Below are positions 34,892-44,732 of a stretch of 64,000 nucleotides of DNA, in pieces. The stretch is taken from positions 51,631 through 115,630 of the forward strand of contig OY970263.1 in NCBI GenBank assembly GCA_963715665.1. The letters run 5' to 3'. Below the pieces are notes generated by a model. The model was not told the DNA's origin. It did no database searches and saw only the letters and a list, made by a program, of their open reading frames with translations. Made by a program: the position numbers and the translations under genes. How positions within the stretch are numbered: the first letter of the stretch is position 1; each line of letters begins with the position of its first letter. The stretch is from an uncultured Gemmatimonadales bacterium. Its GTDB lineage: Bacteria; Gemmatimonadota; Gemmatimonadetes; Gemmatimonadales; GWC2-71-9.

Positions 34892-35277
34892 GCAACAACT
34901 CCGTTTCCCGATTCTGGGGTGTGGTGGCGATCCTCGGGCTCACCATGCCGGCGCTGCTGTTCCTGGCGTACACCATGGACGAAGCCGGGCGACAGAATCC
35001 GCCGATCGTGCCGCTGTTCGGGTTGCTCGCCGTGGCCGCGATGTACGTTGCGGTGATTCGTGGTCCGGTCGGTCGCGGCATCGCGCGGATGCTGGAGGGC
35101 GGTCCGGTGACCGACGACCAGCTGTCGACGCGCATCAACCAGCTCGAGGCGCAGAGCGCCGACCTGGTCTACGAGCAGCAGCGGCTCATGGAGGTCGAGG
35201 AGCGGCTCGACTTCGCGGAGCGGCTGCTGGCGCAGCGCGGCGCGCCGATCACGCCACGCCCACCGGAGGTGAACTGA
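34888..35277 (+). CDS. array member 6: two-TM protein with C-terminal EERLDFAERLLA helix (129 aa)
   Basis: ...FWGVVAILGLTMPALLFLAY...IVPLFGLLAVAAMYVAVIRGPVGRGIARMLEGG...INQLEAQSADLVYEQQRLMEVEERLDFAERLLAQRG... Confidence 0.7.
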   Translation: MSNNSVSRFWGVVAILGLTMPALLFLAYTMDEAGRQNPPIVPLFGLLAVAAMYVAVIRGPVGRGIARMLEGGPVTDDQLSTRINQLEAQSADLVYEQQRLMEVEERLDFAERLLAQRGAPITPRPPEVN

Positions 35278-35669
35278 TGGCGCACGGCAAGAACAACGAC
35301 GACATGGTCGCGCTGTTCATCGGCTTCGGCTTCGGTGCCGCCGGAGTGGCTGGCGCGCTGGCGTGGGTCACCAGCGCCATCGGTCCGGCGTCGATCCCGA
35401 TCTGGGCGATCGCGGTCTGGGGCGGCATGATGATCTTCCGTGGACCGTTCGGGAAGGCGCTGTCGACGCGGGTGGCGGGCCAGGCGATGGACGGCCCCGT
35501 CGAGGTGCCGCCGGAACTCTATGGCGAACTCGACGAGTTGCGCGCCCGCCTTGGCGAACTCGAGGAACGGGTCGACTTTTCCGAGCGCCTGCTGGCGCAG
35601 GGCAAGGAACCGGCCCCGCTCGATCGCGCCGCGATGCTCGGGGTGGATCCGCGCCCCTCGACCAGCTGA
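35277..35669 (+). CDS. array member 7: two-TM protein with C-terminal EERVDFSERLLA helix (130 aa)
   Basis: ATG 35277 overlaps the previous TGA by 1 nt. ...MVALFIGFGFGAAGVAGALAWV...IPIWAIAVWGGMMIFRGPFGKALSTRVAG...LYGELDELRARLGELEERVDFSERLLAQGK... Confidence 0.7.
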   Translation: MAHGKNNDDMVALFIGFGFGAAGVAGALAWVTSAIGPASIPIWAIAVWGGMMIFRGPFGKALSTRVAGQAMDGPVEVPPELYGELDELRARLGELEERVDFSERLLAQGKEPAPLDRAAMLGVDPRPSTS

Positions 35670-35711
35670 AAGGTGCCGGACCTTGACGTGCTTATTCATT
35701 CAGAGGACTCC

Positions 35712-36098
35712 ATGACGACACGCGACGACGTGCGCTCCTTCCTGGACCGGCTCGACATGCCGGTCGAACCGGTGGCGGACGACATGTGGCTGATCCGCAC
35801 GCCGGAGGGGGCCGAACTGGTGGTGAACTACGCGCCGCCGGTGCTGCTGCTGCGGGTGCGGGTCATGCCGCTGCCCGCCGACCAGGGGCGGGCCGGCGAA
35901 CTGAGCCGCCGCCTGCTGGAATACAACGCGCGCGACTTGGTGCACGGCTCCTACGGCATCGAGGGGAGCGACATCGTGCTCAGCGACGCGCTGGAGCTGG
36001 AAAACCTGGACTTCAACGAGTTCCGCTCGAGCGTCGACTCGCTCACGCTCGCCCTTGCATCTCACGTGAGCGCTCTGGCGCCGTTCGGGGAGAGGTAA
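35712..36098 (+). CDS. YbjN-like (type III secretion chaperone-like fold) protein
   Basis: ATG 35712. MTTRDDVRSFLDRLDMPVEPVADDMWLIRTPEGAELVVNYAPPVLLLRVRVMPLP...LLEYNARDLVHGSYGIEGSDIVLSDALELENLDFNEF. The pattern is typical of the YbjN/sensory-transduction-regulator family. Assignment is by sequence pattern only. Confidence 0.55.
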   Translation: MTTRDDVRSFLDRLDMPVEPVADDMWLIRTPEGAELVVNYAPPVLLLRVRVMPLPADQGRAGELSRRLLEYNARDLVHGSYGIEGSDIVLSDALELENLDFNEFRSSVDSLTLALASHVSALAPFGER

Positions 36099-36104
36099 TC
36101 CGCC

Positions 36105-36868
<764 letters not shown>

Positions 36869-36872
<4 letters not shown>

Positions 36873-37951
36873 CCCGCGAGCGGGTCCTGATCATCGCCGA
36901 CGGCGATCTCGGACCGATGACGTCCAAGACCGCCAACGCGATCATCCGCTACCACCCCGAGCGGGTGGTGGCGGTGCTCGACCACCAGTTTGCCGGGCGC
37001 ACCGTCGGCGAGGTCCTCGGCTTCGGCGGCGCCATCCCGGTGGTCGGGACGATGCGCGAGGGGTTGGCGCTCGGCCCGACTATGGTACTCATTGGTATAG
37101 CGCCGATGGGGGGCCGGCTCCCGCCGGCGTGGCACGGGTGGCTGCTCGAAGCCCTCGCCGCCGGCTGCGACCTGCAGAGCGGGTTGCACACCTTTCTTGG
37201 CCACGACGCCGGGCTCGCCGCCGCGGCCCGCGCCGCGGGGCGCACCATCGACGACGTCCGACGGCCGCCGCCCGACCTGCCGGTGGCGTCGGGCCTGGCC
37301 CGCGACGTCGCGCCGCTGGTGGTGCTCACGGTCGGCACCGACTGCAACGTCGGCAAGATGACGGCGCAACTGCAGCTGGTGGAGGCGCTCAACGCCCGCG
37401 GAGCGCGCACCCGGTTTCTCGCCACCGGGCAGACCGGCATCATGATCGAGGGGTGGGGCGTCGCGGTCGACGCGGTGGTGGCGGATTTCGTCGCCGGCGC
37501 CGCCGAATGGCTGGTGCTCAAGGGGGCCGCCGAGGGTAGCCCCGACGTGCTGCTGGTCGAGGGGCAGGGGAGCATCAATCACCCGGGCTACAGCGGCGTC
37601 ACCCTGGGCCTGCTCCACGGCTCGTGCCCCGAGGCGATGATCCTCTGCCACCACGCCACCCGGCGGACCATCGGCGACTACCGGTATCCGTCGGGATTTC
37701 CCATCCCGCCGCTCCGGGAATACGTTCAGTGGTACGAGACGGCGGCGGCGATGGTCCACCCCTCCCGGGTGATCGGCATCGCCCTCAACACGTATGACAT
37801 GGACGACCTGGCAGCCCGCGCCGCCTGCCAGGCAGCGGCCGACGAAACCGGATTGGTCGCCACCGATCCGGTGCGATTCGACCCGGCCCCACTGGTCGAC
37901 GCGGTGCTGACCGCGGCTGCGGCGCGCCGCGAATCCCGGATTCCGGAGTAG
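36869..37951 (+). CDS. DUF1611-domain protein (DgcN-like, P-loop-containing)
   Basis: GTG 36869 overlaps the pspA stop (GTGA). VLTVGTDCNVGKMTAQLQL and VLLVEGQGSINHPGYSGVTLGLLHGSCP are typical of DUF1611. Only the last 360 codons of track ORF 35786-37951 are real. Confidence 0.7.
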
Positions 37952-37956
37952 CCCTC

Positions 37957-38442
37957 ATGCCGCACATCACGCCGGCGCACTGGCACGTCATCATCAACCA
38001 CCTGCCGCTGGTCGGCGTCCCGGTAGCGGCGATGCTGCTGATCTGGGGGCTGCTGCGCCACGAAGAGGCGGTGATCCGGGTGGCCCTGCTCGCCGCGATT
38101 CTCGGCGCCCTGTCGGCGTGGCTGACCGATTACACCGGCGACGGCGCCAAGCACGACATCCGCGGAGAACCGTGGGCCACCCGCACCGTGATCTCGCAGC
38201 ACGAAGAGGCCGGTGACAACGCGATGATCATCTCGCTGGTGGCGGGGGCGGCGGCGCTCGGCACGCTGGTGATGGCGCGCAAGGGCAGGCCGGTGCCGCC
38301 CTGGGCCGCCGTGGGTGTGGTGGTGCTGCTGCTGGCGGCCTCGGGATTTCTCGCCTGGGCGGGGTGGCAGGGCGGCAAGATCCGCCACACCGAGTTCGGA
38401 CTCACGCCGTCTCCGCCCGCCGCGACGCAGCCATCGCCCTGA
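37957..38442 (+). CDS. four-helix integral membrane protein (DUF2231-like)
   Basis: 161 aa. HWHVIINHLPLVGVPVA... plus three further hydrophobic helices. Confidence 0.55.
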   Translation: MPHITPAHWHVIINHLPLVGVPVAAMLLIWGLLRHEEAVIRVALLAAILGALSAWLTDYTGDGAKHDIRGEPWATRTVISQHEEAGDNAMIISLVAGAAALGTLVMARKGRPVPPWAAVGVVVLLLAASGFLAWAGWQGGKIRHTEFGLTPSPPAATQPSP

Positions 38443-38448
38443 CGGCGG

Positions 38449-39876
38449 TCAGCGCGAGGGCGCTTCCCGCCGGGTTTCCAGGAACGCCACCAGTTGGTCG
38501 ATCTGCTGCGTGGTGAGCGTGCTGCCGTACGCCGGCATGTTGTAGCCACCCACCGCGATCCGTTCCGCCAGCCCCGCGGCACTCACCCGGTCGCCGACAT
38601 GGTCGAGGGCCGGTCCGCGGTGTCCCCCGCTACCGGCGATGCTGTGGCAGTAGTGACAGCCGTGGGTGTTGAAGAGGTCGAGCCCCGCGGCGGCGGAATC
38701 GGAGAGGGGCCCGACGGTGGCTGCCGCCAGCGGCTGCACGCCGAAGTCGGGCACCCACGGGTGACGCTCCGCCAGCCACCAGAAGCCACCCACCATCAAC
38801 ACGATCACCAGCACGATCGCCACCGCCCACGGGCGGCGCCGCGGATGGCGCTCGCCGCGGTTGGAGAGGAACGGCACGGCGAGCAGCACCAGGCCGGCGA
38901 GCAGCGGGCCGCCGACGATCACGTACGGTTCGGCGCCGTGGGGCAGCACGGCGAGTACGCCGAAGTACCAGAGCAGGTACCAGTCGGGCGCGGGCGACGC
39001 GTTGATGATCGCCGGGTCGGGGGGCAGGCCGAGCTTTGGCGGACCGATGACGTCGGCGAGCAGCAGGATCACCGCCACCATGCCGACCGCGAACAGCACG
39101 TCGCGCCACATCGCGTCGGGCCAGAATGGCACGCCGTCGCGGCTCAGCATGTCGTGGTACCAGCGGCGATAGGTCTTCGGGTCGACCGGGCGGCCCGCCA
39201 CCGGTGGCTCCGAAATGCCGTTGCGGACCACCAGGAAGAGGTGCAGCGCGAGCAGCGCGAAGATCATCGCCGGCACCAGGAAGACGTGCAGCGCGAAGAA
39301 GCGGCTCAAGGTGCTGCCGCCGATGGTGTCGCCGCCAAGCACGAACGACACGAGGTACTTGCCGACCACCGGAACCCGCCCCGCCTGTTCCGCGGCGACG
39401 ATCACCGACCAGACGGCGTTCTGGTCCCACCGCAACAGCTGGCCGGTAAACCCCATCAGCATGGTCAGCAGCAGCAGCACGGCGCCGGACAGCCAGCCCA
39501 TTTCGCGGGGATACTTGTACGCCGCGAAGAGGAAGGTGCGGATGGCGTGGACGCCGATGAACAGCACCATCGCCGACGCGCCGAAGTAGTGGGCGCCGCG
39601 CAGCAGGTGCCCGAGCGGTGCGGTGAGGGTGATGAACTTGAGGCTGTCGTAGGCCTGGCCGGACGACGGCACGTACGAGAAGGCGAGGGCCACGCCGGTG
39701 ACGACCTGGAGAATGAACGCCACCAGCGTGGCGCTCCCGAAGACGTACCACCAGGTCGAACCCGCCGGCACCAGGTGGCGCGCCAGCGGACCGACGAGTC
39801 GCGACGTGCCGGTGCGATCGTCGAACCACTCCCACGCCGCGCGGCAGTGGCGTGCCAGGCCTGCGGCGACCCCCAT
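38449..39876 (-). CDS. cytochrome b (b6 + subunit IV-like) fused to a C-terminal mono-heme cytochrome c domain
   Basis: ATG 39876 overlaps the Rieske stop (ATGA). Motifs: WWYVFGSATLVAFILQVVTG, HLLRGAHYFGASAMV, RFFALHVFLVP, PDWYLLWYF. C-terminal CHYCH (CxxCH) and NMPAYG (Met ligand). Confidence 0.88.
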   Translation of the reverse strand: MGVAAGLARHCRAAWEWFDDRTGTSRLVGPLARHLVPAGSTWWYVFGSATLVAFILQVVTGVALAFSYVPSSGQAYDSLKFITLTAPLGHLLRGAHYFGASAMVLFIGVHAIRTFLFAAYKYPREMGWLSGAVLLLLTMLMGFTGQLLRWDQNAVWSVIVAAEQAGRVPVVGKYLVSFVLGGDTIGGSTLSRFFALHVFLVPAMIFALLALHLFLVVRNGISEPPVAGRPVDPKTYRRWYHDMLSRDGVPFWPDAMWRDVLFAVGMVAVILLLADVIGPPKLGLPPDPAIINASPAPDWYLLWYFGVLAVLPHGAEPYVIVGGPLLAGLVLLAVPFLSNRGERHPRRRPWAVAIVLVIVLMVGGFWWLAERHPWVPDFGVQPLAAATVGPLSDSAAAGLDLFNTHGCHYCHSIAGSGGHRGPALDHVGDRVSAAGLAERIAVGGYNMPAYGSTLTTQQIDQLVAFLETRREAPSR

Positions 39877-40436
39877 CAGCCCTGGCCCTGGTCCGGCATC
39901 TTGCCGGCGATCGGGATCGGCGCGGTGAGGATCTCGACCTGGCCGCGGCGGACCCGCACCTGGTATTCCGCCAGCGGGCGCGGCGGCGGCCCGGCGGCAA
40001 CGCGCCCGTCGGCGTAGAACACGCCGCCGTGACAGGGACACATGAACAGCGCGGCGTCGGGCACCCAGCGCACCGGGCAACCGAGGTGACTGCAGTTGAC
40101 CGAGAAGGCCCGGAACTCGGCGTCACCGGTGCGGCGGAGCCACGCCGCGGTGCGGGCGGTGACGCCGGCCCACGGCAGGGGTGACGCGTCGACCAGCTGG
40201 ACCTCGACAGTCGCGCCGATCGGGAAGTCCTCGACGGCGCCGACGGCACGCCAGAGGCGCGGCACCCGCTCCACCAGCGGCTGCAGCACGAACCCCAGCA
40301 CCGGCACGCCGAGCAGCACGGCGATGACGGCGCCACCGATCGCGCTGAGGCGGGCGAAGAAGCGCCGGCGGCGCATCAGCGGCGGCGGTGGATCGCCGTC
40401 TGGCACCGGAACGTCGAGCACGCTCTGTTCAATCAT
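39876..40436 (-). CDS. Rieske [2Fe-2S] protein of the bc complex
   Basis: TM anchor after an RRRRFF (Tat-like) motif. Cluster ligands CSHLGC...CPCHGG. Confidence 0.9.
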   Translation of the reverse strand: MIEQSVLDVPVPDGDPPPPLMRRRRFFARLSAIGGAVIAVLLGVPVLGFVLQPLVERVPRLWRAVGAVEDFPIGATVEVQLVDASPLPWAGVTARTAAWLRRTGDAEFRAFSVNCSHLGCPVRWVPDAALFMCPCHGGVFYADGRVAAGPPPRPLAEYQVRVRRGQVEILTAPIPIAGKMPDQGQG

Positions 40437-40596
40437 GGAGCATCTCCCGCGCCCATCCCGCCGAGGCCAGCAGCAGAATCGCCAGTCCGGCCAACGTGAT
40501 GAGCCATTCGGTCACGACGCCGAGCAGCGTGATGGTGATGCCGAATGCCACCGCGGCGGGCCACCACGTCGGTCCCACATGCGGCTCGGAGGTCAT
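40429..40596 (-). CDS. small two-TM subunit (cytochrome oxidase subunit IV-like, 55 aa)
   Basis: ATG 40596 overlaps the ctaG stop (ATGA). MTSEPHVGPTWWPAAVAFGITITLLGVVTEWLITLAGLAILLLASAGWAREMLHD. Overlaps the Rieske start by 8 nt. Confidence 0.5.
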   Translation of the reverse strand: MTSEPHVGPTWWPAAVAFGITITLLGVVTEWLITLAGLAILLLASAGWAREMLHD

Positions 40597-41405
40597 CGGG
40601 TCCCCGCCGCCGCGAGGTCCGCGTCGTTCCGCTGCGGTTCGTGCGCCCAGCGCAGGAACGCCGCCAGCATGAAACCGAGGTAGAGGAGTCCCACCGGCAC
40701 CCACATCAACAACCCGCCGACCTGCTGGTCGACGGCCGGGACCAGCCCCCAGCGGCCGCGGATCGTTGCCAGCAGGTGCAGCGAGTCGGCGGGATGGAGG
40801 TAGGCCGGATAGATCCCCGGCGGCGCAAACGTCAGGATGATGCCGAGCAGGGTGCCGGAGACGACGGCGGCGCCGAGATAGCCGATCAGCGCAAGCGGGC
40901 GGAGGCGGCTCTCGCGCCTCGGCGAGAGCACCGGCCACCAGAACATCACCGACGTCGCGACCAGCATCAGGTGCTCCAGCGCGTGTGCCGGTGCGCTCAC
41001 CAGCGTGAGGTTGAACAGCGCCGGGGCGTGCCAGGTCCAGAGCGTCACGGTTGCCGCGGTGAAGGTGATGCGCGGGTCGCCGAGCATCGTCTCGATCCGT
41101 CGTCCTCCCGGGAGCTGGCGTGCCCGCTCCACCAGGTCTGGTGGCAGGCCGACCACCAGCAGCGGGGCGGCGCCGAGGATCAGCAGCAGGTGCTGCAGCA
41201 TGTGGGCGCTGAACAGGTATTCCTCGCCGATCCGGTGCAGCGGCGAGACCTGGCAGGCGGCGATCAGCGCGAGCGCGAGCAGGAATGGTGTCGCTTCTCG
41301 GCGCCAGCGGAAGCGCAACGCGGCGGCGTAGCCGAGCCCGATTGCGCCAAGGGTCACCAGCAGCGGAAGCGAAAAGGTCCAGAGTGAGTCGACAGGCATC
41401 GTCAT
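40593..41405 (-). CDS. ctaG: cytochrome c oxidase assembly factor CtaG (Bacillus caa3_CtaG type)
   Basis: ATG 41405 overlaps the subunit III stop. Polytopic membrane protein. AHMLQHLLLILGAAPLLV, HALEHLMLVATSVMFWWPV, VDQQVGGLLMWVP. Confidence 0.75.
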   Translation of the reverse strand: MTMPVDSLWTFSLPLLVTLGAIGLGYAAALRFRWRREATPFLLALALIAACQVSPLHRIGEEYLFSAHMLQHLLLILGAAPLLVVGLPPDLVERARQLPGGRRIETMLGDPRITFTAATVTLWTWHAPALFNLTLVSAPAHALEHLMLVATSVMFWWPVLSPRRESRLRPLALIGYLGAAVVSGTLLGIILTFAPPGIYPAYLHPADSLHLLATIRGRWGLVPAVDQQVGGLLMWVPVGLLYLGFMLAAFLRWAHEPQRNDADLAAAGTR

Positions 41406-41941
41406 GGGGTCATCCAGAGATAGATCACGCTGAAGACCACCACCCACACGGCGTCGACAAAGTGCCAGTAGGCGGTGATGCAGGTCACGGCGGTGTGGCG
41501 CGGATGGTCGCGGTCGGCCACCACCGCCAGGATTCCCAGCAGCAGCAACCCGACCGCGACATGGAGTCCGTGGAACCCGGTCACGGTGAAGAACGCCGAG
41601 CCGAAGACATTGCTCGACGGGGTCAGGCCGGCGGCGAGGAGGTCGTGATACTCGATGCCCTGGCCGGCGAGGAACGCGGCGCCGAGCACGATGGTGGCGG
41701 CGAGCCAGCCCCGGAAGCGGCCGGTGTGCCCGCGCCGCGCGGCGTGCGCCGCCTGGTGCACGGTGACGCTCGACGCGAAGAGCAGCACCGAGAAGATCGC
41801 GGTGCGGCTGACGGCGAGGTAATGATGGGGCGTGGCGCCGAAGTGCCCGCTGAGATAGACGTAGCTCATCACCAGCGTGAGGAAGAAGAACGCTTCCGAC
41901 GCAATGAACAGCATCATCCCGAGCGGGGTGCGCGCCGTCAC
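41402..41941 (-). CDS. ctaE: cytochrome c oxidase subunit III
   Basis: GTG 41941 overlaps the subunit I stop (GTGA). MMLFIASEAFFF..., FFTVTGFHGLHVAVG, YWHFVDAVWVVVF. Confidence 0.88.
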   Translation of the reverse strand: MTARTPLGMMLFIASEAFFFLTLVMSYVYLSGHFGATPHHYLAVSRTAIFSVLLFASSVTVHQAAHAARRGHTGRFRGWLAATIVLGAAFLAGQGIEYHDLLAAGLTPSSNVFGSAFFTVTGFHGLHVAVGLLLLGILAVVADRDHPRHTAVTCITAYWHFVDAVWVVVFSVIYLWMTP

Positions 41942-43581
41942 GTCCCGGCTCCGGCGTCGGCCTGGTCGGGGTGGGCCAGGTCCCAGAGCGGCCGCCGGCC
42001 GCGGATCGGCGGCAGGGCGTCGAAGTTGTGCTCCGGCGGCGGCGACGTGGTGGCCCATTCCAGCGTCCACGCGTCCCACGGGTTGTCGCCGGCGGGCTCG
42101 CCGTGGCGGAACGACCACCAGAGGTTGAGCACGAACAGCCCGATGGCGCCGGCCAGGATGAACGCGCCGATCGTGGAGATCAGGTTGAGGGTGCCGTACC
42201 ACGGCAGGTCGGGGTAGGTGTACACCCGCCGCGGCATGCCGAGGATGCCGAGGATGTGCTGCACGAAGAACGTCAGGTTGAATCCGACCACGGTGAGCCA
42301 GAAGTTCCAGCGCCCGAGCCGCTCCGACATCATCCGGCCGGTCATCTTGGGAAACCAGTAGTAGGCGCCGGCCAGCACCGCGAAGAACGTCCCGCCGAAG
42401 AGCACGTAGTGCATGTGCGCCACGACGAAGTAGGTGTCGGTGAGTTGCCAGTCGATGGGCACGGTGGCGAACATCACGCCGGTGACCCCGCCGATGACGA
42501 ACTGGATCAGGAACGCGATGGCGAACAGCATCGCGGTGGTGAGCCGGATCGAGCCGCGGTACATCGTCGCGGTCCAGTTGCAGATCTTCACGCCGGTCGG
42601 CACCGCGATGAGCATGCTGGCGCCGGAAAAGACCACGTCGGTGGGCCGTCCCAGTCCGACGGCAAACATGTGATGCACCCAGACGCCAAAGCTCAGCACG
42701 CCGATGGCGACGGTGGAACCGGCGACGAATTCATACCCGAAGATCGGCTTGCCGGAGAAGACCGGGATCACCTCGCTGATGATCCCGAACGCCGGCAGCG
42801 CCATGATGTACACCTCGGGGTGCCCGAAGAACCAGAAGATGTGCTGCCAGAGGATCGGGTCGCCGCCGCCGGTGGCGTCGAAGAAGCGGGTGCCGAGTTG
42901 GCGGTCGGCCAGCAGCATGGCGAGGCCGGCGTTGAGCGGCGACATCGCCACCAGGATCAGCACGCTGGTGACCAGCACCATCCAGACGAAGAGCGGCAGC
43001 CGACGGATCGTCATGCCGGGCGCGCGCATCGTGACGATGGTGACGATGAGGTTGATGGCGCCACCGATGGTGCCGATGCCGACTTCCATCAGGCCGACGA
43101 TCCAGTAGTTGGTCGCCGCACCGCTGGCATAGGCGCGTTCGGCGAGCGGCGCGTAGCTGAACCAGCCGTTGGCCGGGGCGCTGCCGGTGGCGAGGCCCAG
43201 GTAGAGCAGCACGCCGCCCAGCGCAAAGACCCAGAACCCCAGGGCGTTGAGCCGGGGAAACGCGACATCCGGTGCGCCGATCATCAGCGGCACCAGGTAG
43301 TTGGCCAGCCCCACCAGCAGCGGCACGACCACCAGGAAGATCATCGTGGTGCCATGCAGCGTGAACAGCGCGTTGTAGGCCTGCGGCGAGACCAGGGTGT
43401 TGCGCGGCGTGGCGAGTTGCGCCCGCATGATGAGCGCTTCGATGCCGCCGATCAGCAGGAAGAAGAGCGCCGTGCCGAGGTAGAGCAGCCCGATCTCCTT
43501 GTGGTCGACGGTGCTGACAATGCGGAGCAGGCGGGAACGCGCCGGGGCGCCGGCCGCGATCGGTGCGGTGGTTGTCGTCAC
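41938..43581 (-). CDS. ctaD: cytochrome c oxidase subunit I
   Basis: GVG 43581 is a GTG that overlaps the subunit II stop (GTGA). VDHKEIGLLYL, LFWFFGHPEVYI, GVWVHHMF, AHMHYVLFGG. 547 aa. The remainder of track ORF 41938-44943 is out-of-frame coxII. Confidence 0.95.
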   Translation of the reverse strand: MTTTTAPIAAGAPARSRLLRIVSTVDHKEIGLLYLGTALFFLLIGGIEALIMRAQLATPRNTLVSPQAYNALFTLHGTTMIFLVVVPLLVGLANYLVPLMIGAPDVAFPRLNALGFWVFALGGVLLYLGLATGSAPANGWFSYAPLAERAYASGAATNYWIVGLMEVGIGTIGGAINLIVTIVTMRAPGMTIRRLPLFVWMVLVTSVLILVAMSPLNAGLAMLLADRQLGTRFFDATGGGDPILWQHIFWFFGHPEVYIMALPAFGIISEVIPVFSGKPIFGYEFVAGSTVAIGVLSFGVWVHHMFAVGLGRPTDVVFSGASMLIAVPTGVKICNWTATMYRGSIRLTTAMLFAIAFLIQFVIGGVTGVMFATVPIDWQLTDTYFVVAHMHYVLFGGTFFAVLAGAYYWFPKMTGRMMSERLGRWNFWLTVVGFNLTFFVQHILGILGMPRRVYTYPDLPWYGTLNLISTIGAFILAGAIGLFVLNLWWSFRHGEPAGDNPWDAWTLEWATTSPPPEHNFDALPPIRGRRPLWDLAHPDQADAGAGT

Positions 43582-44534
43582 GGGCGCTCCAGGTAGGCCA
43601 CCAGCGCCGCGAGGTCGCCGGACGAGAGGTCGACCTTCGGCATCAGCACCCCCGGCTTGACGGCGTCCGGGTCGGCGATCCATCGCACCAGGTTGGCCGG
43701 CGTGTTGTCGAGCGCTCCCGCGCCAAGGGTGGCGCGGAGCCGCAGGTGCGCCAGGTCGGGGCCTGCATCGGTGCCGCCGCCGTCGCCGTCGGGGCCGGTG
43801 TGGCAGGCGCCGCAACTTCGCGTCGCGAAGACCGCGCGTCCCCGCGCCACCAGCGAGTCGGAGGGCGCGGCGGGCTGCGGTTGCGCATTGGACGCCAGCC
43901 ACCGCTGGAACGCCGCGGCGGAATCCGCCACCACGCGGATCCGCATCCACGCGTGCTCCGTGCCGCAGAACTCGGCGCACGCCCCGCCGAAGATCCCGGC
44001 CGAATCGGCCGAAAGCCAGATCCGCCGCGGGGCGCCCGGCGTCATGTCGATCTTGCGCGCCAGCTCCGGGACCCAGAAGTCGTGGATCACGTCGGCCGAA
44101 CGCAGTTCCACCAGCACCGGCCTTCCGGCGGGGATGTGAATCTCGTTGGCGGTGACCACGCCCGATCCCGGGTAGCGGACTTCCCACCACCACTGGTGTC
44201 CGATGACGACGATCTCGGGAGTACGCCCGTCGGTGGCGGGATCGGCGGTGGTCATGGCGTGCAACGAGACGGCAAAGACGACCGCCACGATGAGCAGCGG
44301 CACGCCGGTGAGCACCAGCTCCGCCGACGGGTGGCCGTGGATCTGTGGCGGCGGTGGCGCGCCGGGGCGATGCCGGAACCGGACGATGAACCAGGTGATG
44401 GCCGTGGCGACGGCCACCAGGATGGCGAGGGAGATCCAGAAGGTGAGGTCGAAGAGCCCGCTGATCGCGGCGCTGAATGGCGATGCTGGCGAAAGAACGC
44501 TCGCCCCCGGGCCCGAGCCGATCGCGCCGATCAC
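43578..44534 (-). CDS. ctaC: cytochrome c oxidase subunit II with fused C-terminal cytochrome c domain (caa3 type)
   Basis: CuA site HDFWVPELARK...CAEFCGTEHAWM. C-terminal CGACH plus VLMPKV. The start is uncertain. GTG 44534 was chosen because the track start at 44720 leaves only 12 nt to the divergent gene. Confidence 0.85.
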   Translation of the reverse strand: MIGAIGSGPGASVLSPASPFSAAISGLFDLTFWISLAILVAVATAITWFIVRFRHRPGAPPPPQIHGHPSAELVLTGVPLLIVAVVFAVSLHAMTTADPATDGRTPEIVVIGHQWWWEVRYPGSGVVTANEIHIPAGRPVLVELRSADVIHDFWVPELARKIDMTPGAPRRIWLSADSAGIFGGACAEFCGTEHAWMRIRVVADSAAAFQRWLASNAQPQPAAPSDSLVARGRAVFATRSCGACHTGPDGDGGGTDAGPDLAHLRLRATLGAGALDNTPANLVRWIADPDAVKPGVLMPKVDLSSGDLAALVAYLERP

Positions 44535-44732
44535 CGGAAAATCGCCCCCTCTCTGCTGTGCGGTCGTGGGAACCGGCGGCGGCCGCAGCGGGCCGCCGCC
44601 CGATGGCCCCCGTCTGATATAGCGCTGGCGGGGGCGCCGCGCCAAGCGGTGGGTTCCGGAGGCCCCCCGCGGGCGGCTCGCCGTCGCGGGTGTAACGAGG
44701 TACCTTCCCGGAATCCTCATTCAGGCGGGTCG

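Noticed and set aside
43563-44732. N-terminal 390 codons of the 1098-aa ORF 43563-46859
   Set aside because: It overlaps ctaD/ctaC on the opposite strand and has no features. The GWxTD protein most plausibly starts at ATG 44733.
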